Part shown: one piece after another, positions 37,401 through 46,867 of the stretch
Layout: each line of letters starts with the position of its first letter
How positions within the stretch are numbered: the stretch's first letter is position 1
Source: a virus
Taxonomy: Duplodnaviria > Caudoviricetes
Strand: one strand, 5' to 3'
Virus record (IMG/VR): IMGVR_UViG_3300037067_008306
Coordinates: 977-64,976 of that record
DNA length: 64,000 bases
Made by a program: the position numbers and the translations under genes
Notes under the pieces: model-generated
The model's database searches: none
What the model saw: the letters and a program-made list of their open reading frames with translations, nothing else
What the model was told of the DNA's origin: nothing

Positions 37401-37970
37401 TTATTTATCCATTAGAAAAGTTAATATTTTTTTGCCTCTTTCATTCCACCATTCTTGTTCATTATGTTTAATAGATAAATCAATCTGGAATTGCTCATTA
37501 GACCATATTTCCATAGAATGAATTTCACATCCGATACGGATAAAAGTTGTTTCTGTCTCAGTATCAAAATATATATTGCAAGAATATTTTGAAATAATAC
37601 ATTCTATCCGAACATCAGAGTCTATCCGAACACCAGAGCCTATCCGAACACCAGAGCCTATCCAAACACCAGAGCCTATCCGAACATCAGAGTCTATCCG
37701 AACACCAGAGCCTATCCGAACACCAGAGCCTATCCAAACACCAGAGCCTATCCAAACACCAGAGTCTATCTGAACATCAGAGTCTATCCGAACACCAGAG
37801 CCTATCCGAACACCAGAGCCTATCCAAACACCAGAGCCTATCCGAACATCAGAGTCTATCCGAACACCAGAGCCTATCCAAACATCAGAGTCTATTTCAA
37901 TTGATAGTTCAATCAACTTTGAATCTCCCCGTTCTACTTCAATCCATTCTTTTTTGTAATAAATTTTCAT
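37401..37970 (-). CDS. hexapeptide-repeat (left-handed beta-helix-like) protein
   Basis: 15 x V[RWQ]I[GD]S[GD], then an IRIGCEIH..E.W domain. Confidence 0.85.
   Translation of the reverse strand: MKIYYKKEWIEVERGDSKLIELSIEIDSDVWIGSGVRIDSDVRIGSGVWIGSGVRIGSGVRIDSDVQIDSGVWIGSGVWIGSGVRIGSGVRIDSDVRIGSGVWIGSGVRIGSGVRIDSDVRIECIISKYSCNIYFDTETETTFIRIGCEIHSMEIWSNEQFQIDLSIKHNEQEWWNERGKKILTFLMDK
37614..37883. repeat. 18-nt tandem repeat, 15 units
   Basis: units such as ACCAGAGCCTATCCGAAC / ATCAGAGTCTATCCGAAC; no unique spacers. Confidence 0.95.
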
Positions 37971-37989
37971 AAAATTTATCTCTCCTTTT

Positions 37990-38062
37990 ATATATTTTGT
38001 AAAGCTATTTGAATCTCATTAAAGCAATTCAGAATATCCGTATATGTCCAATCTATATTTCG
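37990..38062 (-). pseudogene. duplicated 3' remnant of the sigma-like gene
   Basis: translates RNIDWTYTDILNCFNEIQIALQNI* versus sigma RGLDWKFTDILNCFNEISLALERM*; 26-nt exact repeat 38013-38038 = 38635-38660. Confidence 0.85.
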
Positions 38063-38088
38063 TATAGAGAATCCTTCCGGGTTGGAAT

Positions 38089-38607
38089 TTAATTTCCTAT
38101 AGGGCTTGTTGGAACATTATTTATTTCCTTTATTATTTTTCTTTCTTCTTCAGAAATTAGTTTTTTTAATTCTCCTGTCCAAGAATCATTTAATTTTTTT
38201 CTTCTTTTGATTAAAGGATTTCCTTCTGTATCAATTTTATTTTCATAGAATTTATGTTCTTTTCTCCATTGAATTCTTTCTAAATTTATTCTTTTTTTAT
38301 TTTTTATGGCTATAGGGATTAATTTTTTGATATCAATAATTTTTCCAGAAATAAGCCAAGTATAGAATTGATGAAAAAAATCATCTTCTTTATCATAATC
38401 ATAATCAAAAGGCTTGTAATGTTTTAAATAAAAAACTTCATGTTCTGTTTCATTTACAGGTTTTAAAGATATTCTTCCTAATTGTACTTTATTTTGGAGT
38501 ATAAAAAGTCTATACCAATTATTTCCGACTTTTACTAATTTAAAAGAGTATAGTGGAAAAGAAATTTCTAATTTGATTTTAAATTCTTCTACATTAAAGA
38601 TTTTCAT
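38089..38607 (-). CDS. hypothetical protein (AT-rich insertion)
   Basis: 172 aa K/I-rich ORF with no CCGG, flanked by duplicated sigma 3' ends. Confidence 0.6.
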   Translation of the reverse strand: MKIFNVEEFKIKLEISFPLYSFKLVKVGNNWYRLFILQNKVQLGRISLKPVNETEHEVFYLKHYKPFDYDYDKEDDFFHQFYTWLISGKIIDIKKLIPIAIKNKKRINLERIQWRKEHKFYENKIDTEGNPLIKRRKKLNDSWTGELKKLISEEERKIIKEINNVPTSPIGN

Positions 38608-38609
38608 TT

Positions 38610-39107
38610 TTACATCCTCTCCAGTGCCAGGCTTATCTCATTAAAGCAATTCAGAATATCAGTAAACTTCCAATCCAATCCCCGCAGATAAGCAGTCAGG
38701 CTTTTCTTTGTTATCTTATTTTTTCCGGAAGAAATAAATCCTGTATCCGTATTAAATATAATATCTATTATCTTCTGAGACTTCTGACTTAAACTTTTCA
38801 GCCAATCTGGATAATTTATCATCATATCTATCCGGGAATTTTCTATAAAAATATATTCCTGAAGTTCATCCCAGTCTTTTACAAAGTAGACAAGGAAGTT
38901 TTCAAAATTATTTTTCAGGCATGTATTCAGGTAGGTAGTAAAAGAAGCTCCACGATCCGGTTTGTATTCATTAAGACACTGGACAAAAGTTTCATTAGCT
39001 TCACTTTCCAAATCCTCTACCGGGACATGTGGGACGCGGTTATGATACTCTCTGATTTTACCTTTAATAGTTTTTTGGTTTGCTAAATACAGTTCTGTTG
39101 GGGACAT
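38610..39107 (-). CDS. sigma70-family (region 2) RNA polymerase sigma-like factor
   Basis: VEDLESEANETFVQCLNEYKPDRGASFTTYL. Confidence 0.75.
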   Translation of the reverse strand: MSPTELYLANQKTIKGKIREYHNRVPHVPVEDLESEANETFVQCLNEYKPDRGASFTTYLNTCLKNNFENFLVYFVKDWDELQEYIFIENSRIDMMINYPDWLKSLSQKSQKIIDIIFNTDTGFISSGKNKITKKSLTAYLRGLDWKFTDILNCFNEISLALERM

Positions 39108-39128
39108 ATTATTTCTCTCCTTTATATA

Positions 39129-39329
39129 TTATTTATTGTTACAAGTACATAATGGATCATAATATTCATCATGTGCTTCTTGCCAACCCTTATCAAATGC
39201 AATTTTTATTTCCTTATCTATCATAGTAGCAAGATTTTTAACTCCATCTTTATCTACAGAAGATAAATGAATATAAGGGAATTGTTTATTATATTCCCTA
39301 ACTATTTTTTGACCTGTTGTTTCTGCCAT
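39129..39329 (-). CDS. hypothetical protein
   Basis: 66 aa ORF with AGGAG SD. Confidence 0.5.
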   Translation of the reverse strand: MAETTGQKIVREYNKQFPYIHLSSVDKDGVKNLATMIDKEIKIAFDKGWQEAHDEYYDPLCTCNNK

Positions 39330-39339
39330 ATCTTTCTCC

Positions 39340-39564
39340 TTATATATTTTTTAATTCTTTTTTAAAGCATGACGGACAATATCCATGACTGATATTTCCG
39401 TACATTCCCGGAATAGCGTTTTCCGGTTCTATGTAAAGCCAGAACTTGAAAAATAAAAATTTATGCTTGAATTTCTTACAGACGCAACATTGAGTTACTA
39501 ATTTCCTTCTCATATTATTTTCCTTGTGCATTACAGCGGGACTAATGCCCGCTTGACTCTGCAT
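39340..39564 (-). CDS. small Zn-finger-like protein
   Basis: CCVC...SHGYCPSC. Confidence 0.5.
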   Translation of the reverse strand: MQSQAGISPAVMHKENNMRRKLVTQCCVCKKFKHKFLFFKFWLYIEPENAIPGMYGNISHGYCPSCFKKELKNI

Positions 39565-39568
39565 TAAC

Positions 39569-39802
39569 TTATTGATAATGAAAAAAATCCGCTGATTCTA
39601 TGATTTGATGCGTTTCTTCAATTTTTGATAAATAATTATTATACTCTTCATATTCCCCAACCGTGAGCAGGCCTAATAATTTTGAATGTTCTATGTTTGT
39701 GATCTGATATAACTTATTTTCAATAACTACTTTTATTCCTTTTAATTTTGCCATATTTCCTCTTTTTATCCTGCTATTTTCTGCCCGGCAGGACTCGGAC
39801 AA
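39569..39802 (-). CDS. hypothetical protein
   Basis: 77 aa ORF, probable start MAKLK. Confidence 0.45.
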   Translation of the reverse strand: MSESCRAENSRIKRGNMAKLKGIKVVIENKLYQITNIEHSKLLGLLTVGEYEEYNNYLSKIEETHQIIESADFFHYQ

Positions 39803-40019
39803 AGTTTGTTAATTATTTTTTAATATGTTTTTTCTTTTGTACATCTACGCATTTAGAACAAATATAAGTTAAGTCAATGTTTGCATCTTTCATTTTTAAA
39901 TATTCTATTACTGTTATACTGTTTCCATTGCACTGATGAGATTTGCAAATAATATTATTTGTTGATTCGGAATATAAATGAGTTTTCATTCTCTTTCTCC
40001 TGTTTTTAAATTTATTTAA

Positions 40020-40170
40020 TCTCTCTAATAGATATATTATAAAAGACCATTATAAAAGTCAAGTAAAAAAGATAAAAAAGTTAAAAAAGATTGAATTTTT
40101 TTATAAAAAGTAAGAAAAAAAGCTATTATAATCAGCCGGAAGTATATTTATTATAATTGAGAGGATAATA
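40020..40170. promoter_or_regulatory. AT-rich divergent promoter region between early and late arms
   Basis: strand switch; minus-strand TTGACT (40057-40062)...TATAAT (40036-40041, 15-nt spacer); plus-strand TATAAT at 40127 and 40152. Confidence 0.5.
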
Positions 40171-40650
40171 ATGCGTAAACTTGCTAACAAGCTACCTAAA
40201 AAGAAAAGGGGCGGAGTAATAGTTAAAAAAGCAGATAAGCGGGATAAGCGGAGAGCAAAGCCAGGAAATCCAAAAGGGAAAGGTGGATTTGCTAAAGGCT
40301 TTTCTGGTAATCCTAATGGCAGACCGAAAGATACCCCGGAAATAAAAGCTAGCAGGGAAAGTGTAAGAAGTAAATTTATAACTACCTTTGAATGGTTGTC
40401 TAATCTGCCTTATGATGAATTAAATAAGATACCAAAAAGAAAATTAACTCTCATGGAAGGTGGGATGCTTCAGGCTTTAAAGAATCATTATAAATCTGGA
40501 AATTATGAATGGGTGCGTTTTCCGTATGAACATGTAATGGGAAAAGCAATTCAAGCAGTAGACATTGATACAAACGGAGGAGCTATTGTATATAATTTTA
40601 ATCCTGATTTTATGCCTAAACTTAATAATGCCCCAGATAATAAATCTTAA
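40171..40650 (+). CDS. terminase small subunit
   Basis: GFAKGFSGNPNGRPK (DUF5681-like) immediately before terL. Confidence 0.75.
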   Translation: MRKLANKLPKKKRGGVIVKKADKRDKRRAKPGNPKGKGGFAKGFSGNPNGRPKDTPEIKASRESVRSKFITTFEWLSNLPYDELNKIPKRKLTLMEGGMLQALKNHYKSGNYEWVRFPYEHVMGKAIQAVDIDTNGGAIVYNFNPDFMPKLNNAPDNKS

Positions 40651-41869
40651 CGATTATTATCAGACCTCAGAATGTCATAAACAATTTCACCAGTCTACAG
40701 ATAGACGGTTATTGTTTTATGGCAGCAAGGGTTCCGGGAAGTCTTATTCCGTAGCTGATAAGTTATTACATCAGCCCGGAATCCAATCCCATCTGGCAAA
40801 GAAAACAATAAAATTAAAATCAGTAGTCATTCGTCAATCCATGCCCAGCCTTAAGCGTTCCTGTATAGAATTACTTCAGGAACGTGCAGACCTTTTTAAA
40901 ATGCCTTATCATCTTAATAAATCGGATTTTGTAGCCACATACGGGAACGGTAGCAGGATTATTTTTATTGGTCTGGATGAAGCAAAGTCTTATCAGAAAT
41001 TACAGTCTATTACTAATGTTGATTTTGTTTGGATTGAGGAAATGCCGGAGCTGTTGGAAAGGACTTATGAGAATGCGGATTTAATTCTCAGGGGCGGTCA
41101 GGGATTATACAAACAATTGATAGGGACATTTAACCCGGTATCAGTAGCCAGCTGGGTGTATCATAGGTGGTGGGAACAGAAGAATGAAAAAATCAGAGCT
41201 ATCCTGGCCCGCGCGGAAGATAATAGATTTATAGATCCTGAATATTTAGACACATTAAAAAATCTCCAATACTCTAATTATTCTTTGTATCTGGTTTATT
41301 ATCTAGGGCAGTGGGGAATTCTGGAAGGTGTTATTTATGACAATATTGATGAAGCTGAGAAAGTAGGAAAATATGATGAGGTAATTTATGGATTAGATTT
41401 CGGATTCAATGTAGAATCGGCCCTAGTTAAAATGTATATTAAACAGATAGGGCAGAAACAATGGGAAGTATGGTGTGAACAGAAATTATATAAAACAGGT
41501 CTGACTAACACTAAGCTAGTAGCGGAATTGAAAAAAATAAAAATAGAAAAGAATGCCCCAATCTATTGTGATTGTGCTGAACCGGATAAGATACAGGAAT
41601 TATTTGATGCCGGATTTAATGCCCTGCCCTGTGATAAGGATGCCAAGCCGAAAGTACAAATTGATTTTTGTAAGAGTCAGAAAATTCATTATCTGAAAGA
41701 TTCCTATGACCTGATAAAAGAAAAAGCCGGGTATGTTTGGGCAGTTGATAAGGACGGAAAGAAATTAGATGAGCCAACTAAATTTATGGATCATCTTATG
41801 GACGGGAAAAGATATGGATTATGGACACATCTTAGAAAATTTGTAAATGCTAATATAAGGGAAATATGA
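40628..41869 (+). CDS. terminase large subunit, PBSX-like (start corrected to MPQIIN)
   Basis: YGSKGSGKS, WIEE, TFNP, GLDFGF, DHLMDGKRY. Confidence 0.9.
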   Translation: MPQIINLNDYYQTSECHKQFHQSTDRRLLFYGSKGSGKSYSVADKLLHQPGIQSHLAKKTIKLKSVVIRQSMPSLKRSCIELLQERADLFKMPYHLNKSDFVATYGNGSRIIFIGLDEAKSYQKLQSITNVDFVWIEEMPELLERTYENADLILRGGQGLYKQLIGTFNPVSVASWVYHRWWEQKNEKIRAILARAEDNRFIDPEYLDTLKNLQYSNYSLYLVYYLGQWGILEGVIYDNIDEAEKVGKYDEVIYGLDFGFNVESALVKMYIKQIGQKQWEVWCEQKLYKTGLTNTKLVAELKKIKIEKNAPIYCDCAEPDKIQELFDAGFNALPCDKDAKPKVQIDFCKSQKIHYLKDSYDLIKEKAGYVWAVDKDGKKLDEPTKFMDHLMDGKRYGLWTHLRKFVNANIREI

Positions 41870-43671
41870 AACTTTACGAACTTGATAGATCAGTATTTCC
41901 TCCGCTTATCTCTGATAAGTTAACAGAGAGAGGTATATACTCTAAATTGGCCATGATAGTGAAGACTGGAAGCGCCCCGCCTGCAGGAAATTATGTATCA
42001 TCTGTTACAAAGAATAATATAACTTGGACATTTGACACTAATTACCTGGTCGGACAATTCGCGACTGGTGATTATTATGTAGTTGCTCCTGACGGATTAA
42101 ATATAATAGATATTGACCCTCTTCCTACTAATTCTCCAAGGATTATGAACGGATCAATGATAAATCCTACATTTACCGGATCTAATAGGAATCGTCAAGG
42201 GTATGATGCCGGACTTGCTACAACTTATGAAAGTACTTTAGAGAATACCGTAGGGATAGGCGTATCTACCGAAACACCGTTGCACGTTGCCGCTGGATCG
42301 TCTTTAATATCAAGTGAAAGTATTGCTACGGTTCAAGCCGTTCCTAATCCTCAACTACAATCGGTTGAGATACTCACAGTATTGGCATCTACTCCAGCTT
42401 CTGGAAGTTTTAGACCACCTTATTGTGGAAGCGATAAGACTATAAATTTTAACGTAAGCGATATAGACTACGAAATTTTGCCATCATTATCTTTGTCTGG
42501 CATTTCACTTCCATCACCTACCACTCTTTATGAATCCAGATTGGGTAATATAACTTCAAGAATGAGACATGCAACAGTAGATCATTTTAGAAGTATAGGA
42601 GCTTTTACTCAAGGTGCATCTGCAATAGATAATTATCCAAACTACGGACGAGAGTTTAGCTCATTAGTCGGAACACTCTCTTTATTATTAATGTTAGACT
42701 CAGCTGCGATGGAAGCTGCATTAAGTGTTACAAGAGCAGAAATAGCAATTAGTCTTATTCAAATGGGTATTGATTTATATGGTACAGTAGTAGCTGGTAA
42801 TTACTGGCATTCCGTGGGAGGACTGAACTCAGGTCGCAAATGGCCTATAATGTTTGCTGGTTTATTATTAGACAATACAGCAATGAAAAATATCGGAAGT
42901 TATGCCTTCACTCCTTTTAATGATGGAATAGATAGTTATTATAATGGAATTTTTGGTGATTCTCAATGGACTACTACAAAACCATTTCAGGAAGATGGGC
43001 AGTGTTTTTATGTAGGAACGAAAGACTACAATAGTACTCATCTACCTTATTGGGGAGACACTGGACATTCTCCTTTTGTTGGGCCTTTTCATAACCAGGC
43101 ACTTTGTGAACCATATCTCGTTTCAGATTATGGCCTTCCAGAATGGGGTGAGAATGAAATGGGGTTGCCAGCCGTAAGTGATAAATATTTTAGTTTGGAA
43201 ACTTACCGTCTCACTACTAATACAAATGGATGGGTAGGAATTGCTCTTTGTTTGCATATTTTGGATTCCACCTGTGGAACTAAAGCTTTATGGAATAATA
43301 ATGCTTTTATTGATTTAATGGATAGATCATTAGCTTTAACTACTCGTAGAGCATGGCAAAGATCATGGTCTGCATTCCAAGAGGATATGTGGGATGTATA
43401 TCGTGGTACTTATGGTGATGGATTTATTGGACAAGTCTATGTAAACGGTACAACTGTCATAACAAATACTATTTCACCAGTAGCGGGAACAAGTTATGCC
43501 GGAGTCGCAGGGACAGAAGATTCTCACACAGATAATAATTATTGTAATTATATAATTCGAGAAAGTGTATTTAGTGACATAACTGGCTATATTGGAAATA
43601 GCAACGAAGTAGTAAATGCAAATTGCAGACGCTTATATGGCAACTGCGCAACTTATGGAATAGTAAAATAG
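41866..43671 (+). CDS. hypothetical 601-aa protein, possible carbohydrate-active/virion accessory protein
   Basis: S/T/G-rich, aromatic-rich C-half (GRKWPIMFAG, PEWG, W..N.AFIDLMDR); family not confidently recognised. Confidence 0.5.
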   Translation: MKLYELDRSVFPPLISDKLTERGIYSKLAMIVKTGSAPPAGNYVSSVTKNNITWTFDTNYLVGQFATGDYYVVAPDGLNIIDIDPLPTNSPRIMNGSMINPTFTGSNRNRQGYDAGLATTYESTLENTVGIGVSTETPLHVAAGSSLISSESIATVQAVPNPQLQSVEILTVLASTPASGSFRPPYCGSDKTINFNVSDIDYEILPSLSLSGISLPSPTTLYESRLGNITSRMRHATVDHFRSIGAFTQGASAIDNYPNYGREFSSLVGTLSLLLMLDSAAMEAALSVTRAEIAISLIQMGIDLYGTVVAGNYWHSVGGLNSGRKWPIMFAGLLLDNTAMKNIGSYAFTPFNDGIDSYYNGIFGDSQWTTTKPFQEDGQCFYVGTKDYNSTHLPYWGDTGHSPFVGPFHNQALCEPYLVSDYGLPEWGENEMGLPAVSDKYFSLETYRLTTNTNGWVGIALCLHILDSTCGTKALWNNNAFIDLMDRSLALTTRRAWQRSWSAFQEDMWDVYRGTYGDGFIGQVYVNGTTVITNTISPVAGTSYAGVAGTEDSHTDNNYCNYIIRESVFSDITGYIGNSNEVVNANCRRLYGNCATYGIVK

Positions 43672-43678
43672 GGGTATT

Positions 43679-44758
43679 ATGGCATTTGTATTAAAAGATA
43701 GTCAGGAAACGGATAACGATTATTGGTATGTAGGACAGGGTGCTGCAACTAAATATCGTGGTGGATCATTTATAGCTGGGTCGTCTTATCTACTTGCAAA
43801 AGTTGCTTTAAAACTGCGTAGAGAATACTCACCAAATAATTTAATGACATTGTTGCTTTATAGTGATTCAGGTGGAGATGCATCTAGTTTATTAGCAACA
43901 TCAACAAATACGGTTAACATGTCTACTCTTAGTAATATAGCAGCAGATTGGACGGCAGAGTGGTTATTTAATAATTATTCACTAGTATCCGGTACTAAGT
44001 ATCATTTCGAAATATTATCTGCATCTGTTGACGGAAGTAGTTATGCAACAATAAGGGTTAATAATGCAGTAGCTGGTCAAAGTGTAGAACTTGATGCCGA
44101 TGGAGTAGCTCCGTTTACGGTTTCAGATAGCTCAGCACAGATAAATTTTAGAACTTATGCAGAGGACGCCATTCTACCTTCCTATCCTACAAAAACAATC
44201 GTAGTCGGAGGACAGGGGGATCGTTCCGGTGCAAGTGATGATAATGGAGGAGCATATAGTTCAGACATTGATTATACTTCTTTTCAAGGCGTCAATGGTG
44301 GTCCTCTTTATGCAGTAGCCGGATGCGCTTATGATACGGCAACTGGAAAGATTACTAAATCAGCTTCCTTTGCAACCGGATTAGAAGGTTGCTGGGTAAA
44401 TACCAGAGAAGGCGCAGCTGGAGCATGGGTTGAAAAAAGATATTATATACAAGCCAGTGATGCTGATTCAATTACCATCGGAGCTGGACTTGGTTCCAAT
44501 GCTGATATTGATGTATGGGTAGGCGGGGCATTAAAAACTATTGAGGAAGCATTAACGGAAGCTGCTGAGGCTTCTGGGTCTTTTGATAGTGGATATGATG
44601 CCGGGTATGATATTCATTATGGGGCTACCACGATCAGGATAGATTATCCTGACGGCTCCTTGGAATTATCAAATGGGGATTCTGTAACTTTAGATGTTCC
44701 GGCAGGAAGTGGTGGTGCAGGAAGCTTGATAAACGGAGGATTAATAAATGCAATTTAA
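43679..44758 (+). CDS. beta-rich virion structural/decoration protein
   Basis: S/G/A/T-rich, within the late operon. Confidence 0.5.
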   Translation: MAFVLKDSQETDNDYWYVGQGAATKYRGGSFIAGSSYLLAKVALKLRREYSPNNLMTLLLYSDSGGDASSLLATSTNTVNMSTLSNIAADWTAEWLFNNYSLVSGTKYHFEILSASVDGSSYATIRVNNAVAGQSVELDADGVAPFTVSDSSAQINFRTYAEDAILPSYPTKTIVVGGQGDRSGASDDNGGAYSSDIDYTSFQGVNGGPLYAVAGCAYDTATGKITKSASFATGLEGCWVNTREGAAGAWVEKRYYIQASDADSITIGAGLGSNADIDVWVGGALKTIEEALTEAAEASGSFDSGYDAGYDIHYGATTIRIDYPDGSLELSNGDSVTLDVPAGSGGAGSLINGGLINAI

Positions 44759-46421
44759 AGCGTTAGAAAGTACTTTTTATTTTCATTATGGCTTAAATGA
44801 TATTACGGGGGCAGGGGCAGATGGAGCAACCCCATTATTCTACGTTCGATTATGTGGAGCAGCAGCAGGGGCAGCTCCTGTCTATTCTGGTACACCTACT
44901 TTATTAACACATGCCGATTATCCTAATGGGGCATTTGAAATTGCAGTACCTGGGACAACTGCTAATGGGTTTATAGCAGATAATCAATATGGAGTTTTCT
45001 GTACAGGTTTAGTGAGTGCGGTTAATCCTACCGGATTTGTGGGGGAATTTACTACAACAGCTTTAATGAATGAAACAGATATAACTACAGCCGCATCTGC
45101 TGCTACACCTGCGGTTACAGTTTCTGATAAGACCGGATTCAGTCTATCAGCAGCTGGAATACTTGCAATATGGGATCAATTACTTTCTGGGTTAGTTGCC
45201 GTAGGAAGTATTGGAAAGAAATTAGCTGATTGGGTCGTAGGGACAATAGATACTTATACAGGGAACACAAAACAGACGGGCGATACTTATGCCAGGTTGG
45301 GACTTCCTGCCGGAGCTTCTATTGCAGCGGACTTAGCTGTTATAAATGGATATGTAGATAGCTTAGAGACAAGATTAACAGCAGCCCGTGCCGGATACCT
45401 AGATGAATTAGGAGCTGCTAATATTCCTGCTGATATTGATACCTTGCTAACAAGAATAGTAGGTACATTATTGACAGGCAATCATAGTCCACAATCTGGT
45501 GATGGTTATGCAATAGTAAGTAATGTAACATATGGAAATTCTGCAATAAGGGCAATTGTAGCAACAATAGCAACATATCTTGATACTGAAATATCTGATA
45601 TGTTAACTATTATGAATAAACTTGATGCTATGATAGGGGTTGATGGGGCTTATACGGCAGCCTCTTTAGTTAATGCTCCTACGGGGGTGGGCGGATTTAC
45701 AGTTGATGATGCAGCAAGATTATTAAGCATATTTAATAAACTCCCAAGTAAGGCAACTATAACAGGTACGGATAATGCTGATGGTAATATTCAAATAGAT
45801 GAAGCCACGGGAGTTCCCGCTGATTCCGCGGGAATAACTACTTTGTTGACTAGAGTTACGGCGGTTGTTGCTCTTGCTACTGAATTGGCTCTTGTTAAAG
45901 CAAAGACAGATCAATTAACATTTACTGATCCTCTCCGGGTTGACGCTTCTACAACAGGTGGTGGAGGCTCTGGGGATGCTACACTGGCGCATCAGGTTGA
46001 TATGATAGATAAATTGAAAGGCATGATGAGCAAGGTATATACAATGCTTACAGCAGTGGGGACTTTTGATCCTGCTACGGATTCCCTTGAAGCAATTAGG
46101 GAAAGAATAGAACAGACAAATATTATTCCTGTTTCTTCAGTTTGTTGTAGAGTATATGAATATTGTTTTATGCCGGATGGTGTAACTCCGGCTGCCAGTG
46201 TAAGCGGAGAAGCTCAGGTTGTTTCCCTTCCTGAGAATACGGGAACAATGCTCATTACAGGACAGATAATAAAACCTGTTTATGATTCCAGTACGGGATT
46301 ATTATATTGGGATTTAACAATTGGTGCAGAAGTAGTATTTAATTTATCGGCTTATGGTTATGTTAATTATACCAAGACTATACCAGATGCAAGCGCAGTA
46401 AGATTATCAGCAATAATATAA
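44748..46421 (+). CDS. A/G/T-rich virion structural protein (fibre-like)
   Basis: RLTAARAGYLDEL and IDTLLTR helical repeats; late operon. Confidence 0.5.
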   Translation: MQFKALESTFYFHYGLNDITGAGADGATPLFYVRLCGAAAGAAPVYSGTPTLLTHADYPNGAFEIAVPGTTANGFIADNQYGVFCTGLVSAVNPTGFVGEFTTTALMNETDITTAASAATPAVTVSDKTGFSLSAAGILAIWDQLLSGLVAVGSIGKKLADWVVGTIDTYTGNTKQTGDTYARLGLPAGASIAADLAVINGYVDSLETRLTAARAGYLDELGAANIPADIDTLLTRIVGTLLTGNHSPQSGDGYAIVSNVTYGNSAIRAIVATIATYLDTEISDMLTIMNKLDAMIGVDGAYTAASLVNAPTGVGGFTVDDAARLLSIFNKLPSKATITGTDNADGNIQIDEATGVPADSAGITTLLTRVTAVVALATELALVKAKTDQLTFTDPLRVDASTTGGGGSGDATLAHQVDMIDKLKGMMSKVYTMLTAVGTFDPATDSLEAIRERIEQTNIIPVSSVCCRVYEYCFMPDGVTPAASVSGEAQVVSLPENTGTMLITGQIIKPVYDSSTGLLYWDLTIGAEVVFNLSAYGYVNYTKTIPDASAVRLSAII

Positions 46422-46441
46422 AATATTAAGGAGAAAAGAAA

Positions 46442-46816
46442 ATGTCATTTACAGAAACTTATCTTGACCCGCAAAGATGGACGGAATTTTCATTCTTTGC
46501 TACCGGGGGAGTAGATGGAGCTATTTCGGAATCAGTAGCTCCGGGAAAACCTTTTAAAATTCATGAATTCAGAATACATAACAGTATTGCTATTGCTAGT
46601 GCCGGGGATTTAGTAATCCGGTTAAGTGCAGCTCAAGGATCAGCTCATAATATGGTGTTTATCAGCAAGGCAATGTTGGGTTCTACAGATTACTGGTTGC
46701 TGTTTAGTAACCCTTTAATATTTCAGTCTGATGACCAGATAGTTGTTACTTACAGTATGAAATCAGCTGTGAATGTAATGGGAATAAATGTTGTGGGATG
46801 GGCAGTAAGAGGATGA
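46442..46816 (+). CDS. small beta-sandwich structural protein
   Basis: 124 aa, AAGGAG SD. Confidence 0.5.
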   Translation: MSFTETYLDPQRWTEFSFFATGGVDGAISESVAPGKPFKIHEFRIHNSIAIASAGDLVIRLSAAQGSAHNMVFISKAMLGSTDYWLLFSNPLIFQSDDQIVVTYSMKSAVNVMGINVVGWAVRG

Positions 46817-46867
46817 ACAAAGATAAAGCAAAAAGACCTTGCGTAAATTGTAAAAAGGATAAAGCGA

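Noticed and set aside
37576-37773. Plus-strand IRTPEP repeat ORF
   Set aside because: Antisense shadow of the minus-strand repeat gene, which has an SD and operon context.
37614-37883. Regular tandem repeat as a CRISPR array
   Set aside because: There are no unique spacers and no cas genes, and the 18-nt units keep the reading frame of a hexapeptide-repeat gene.
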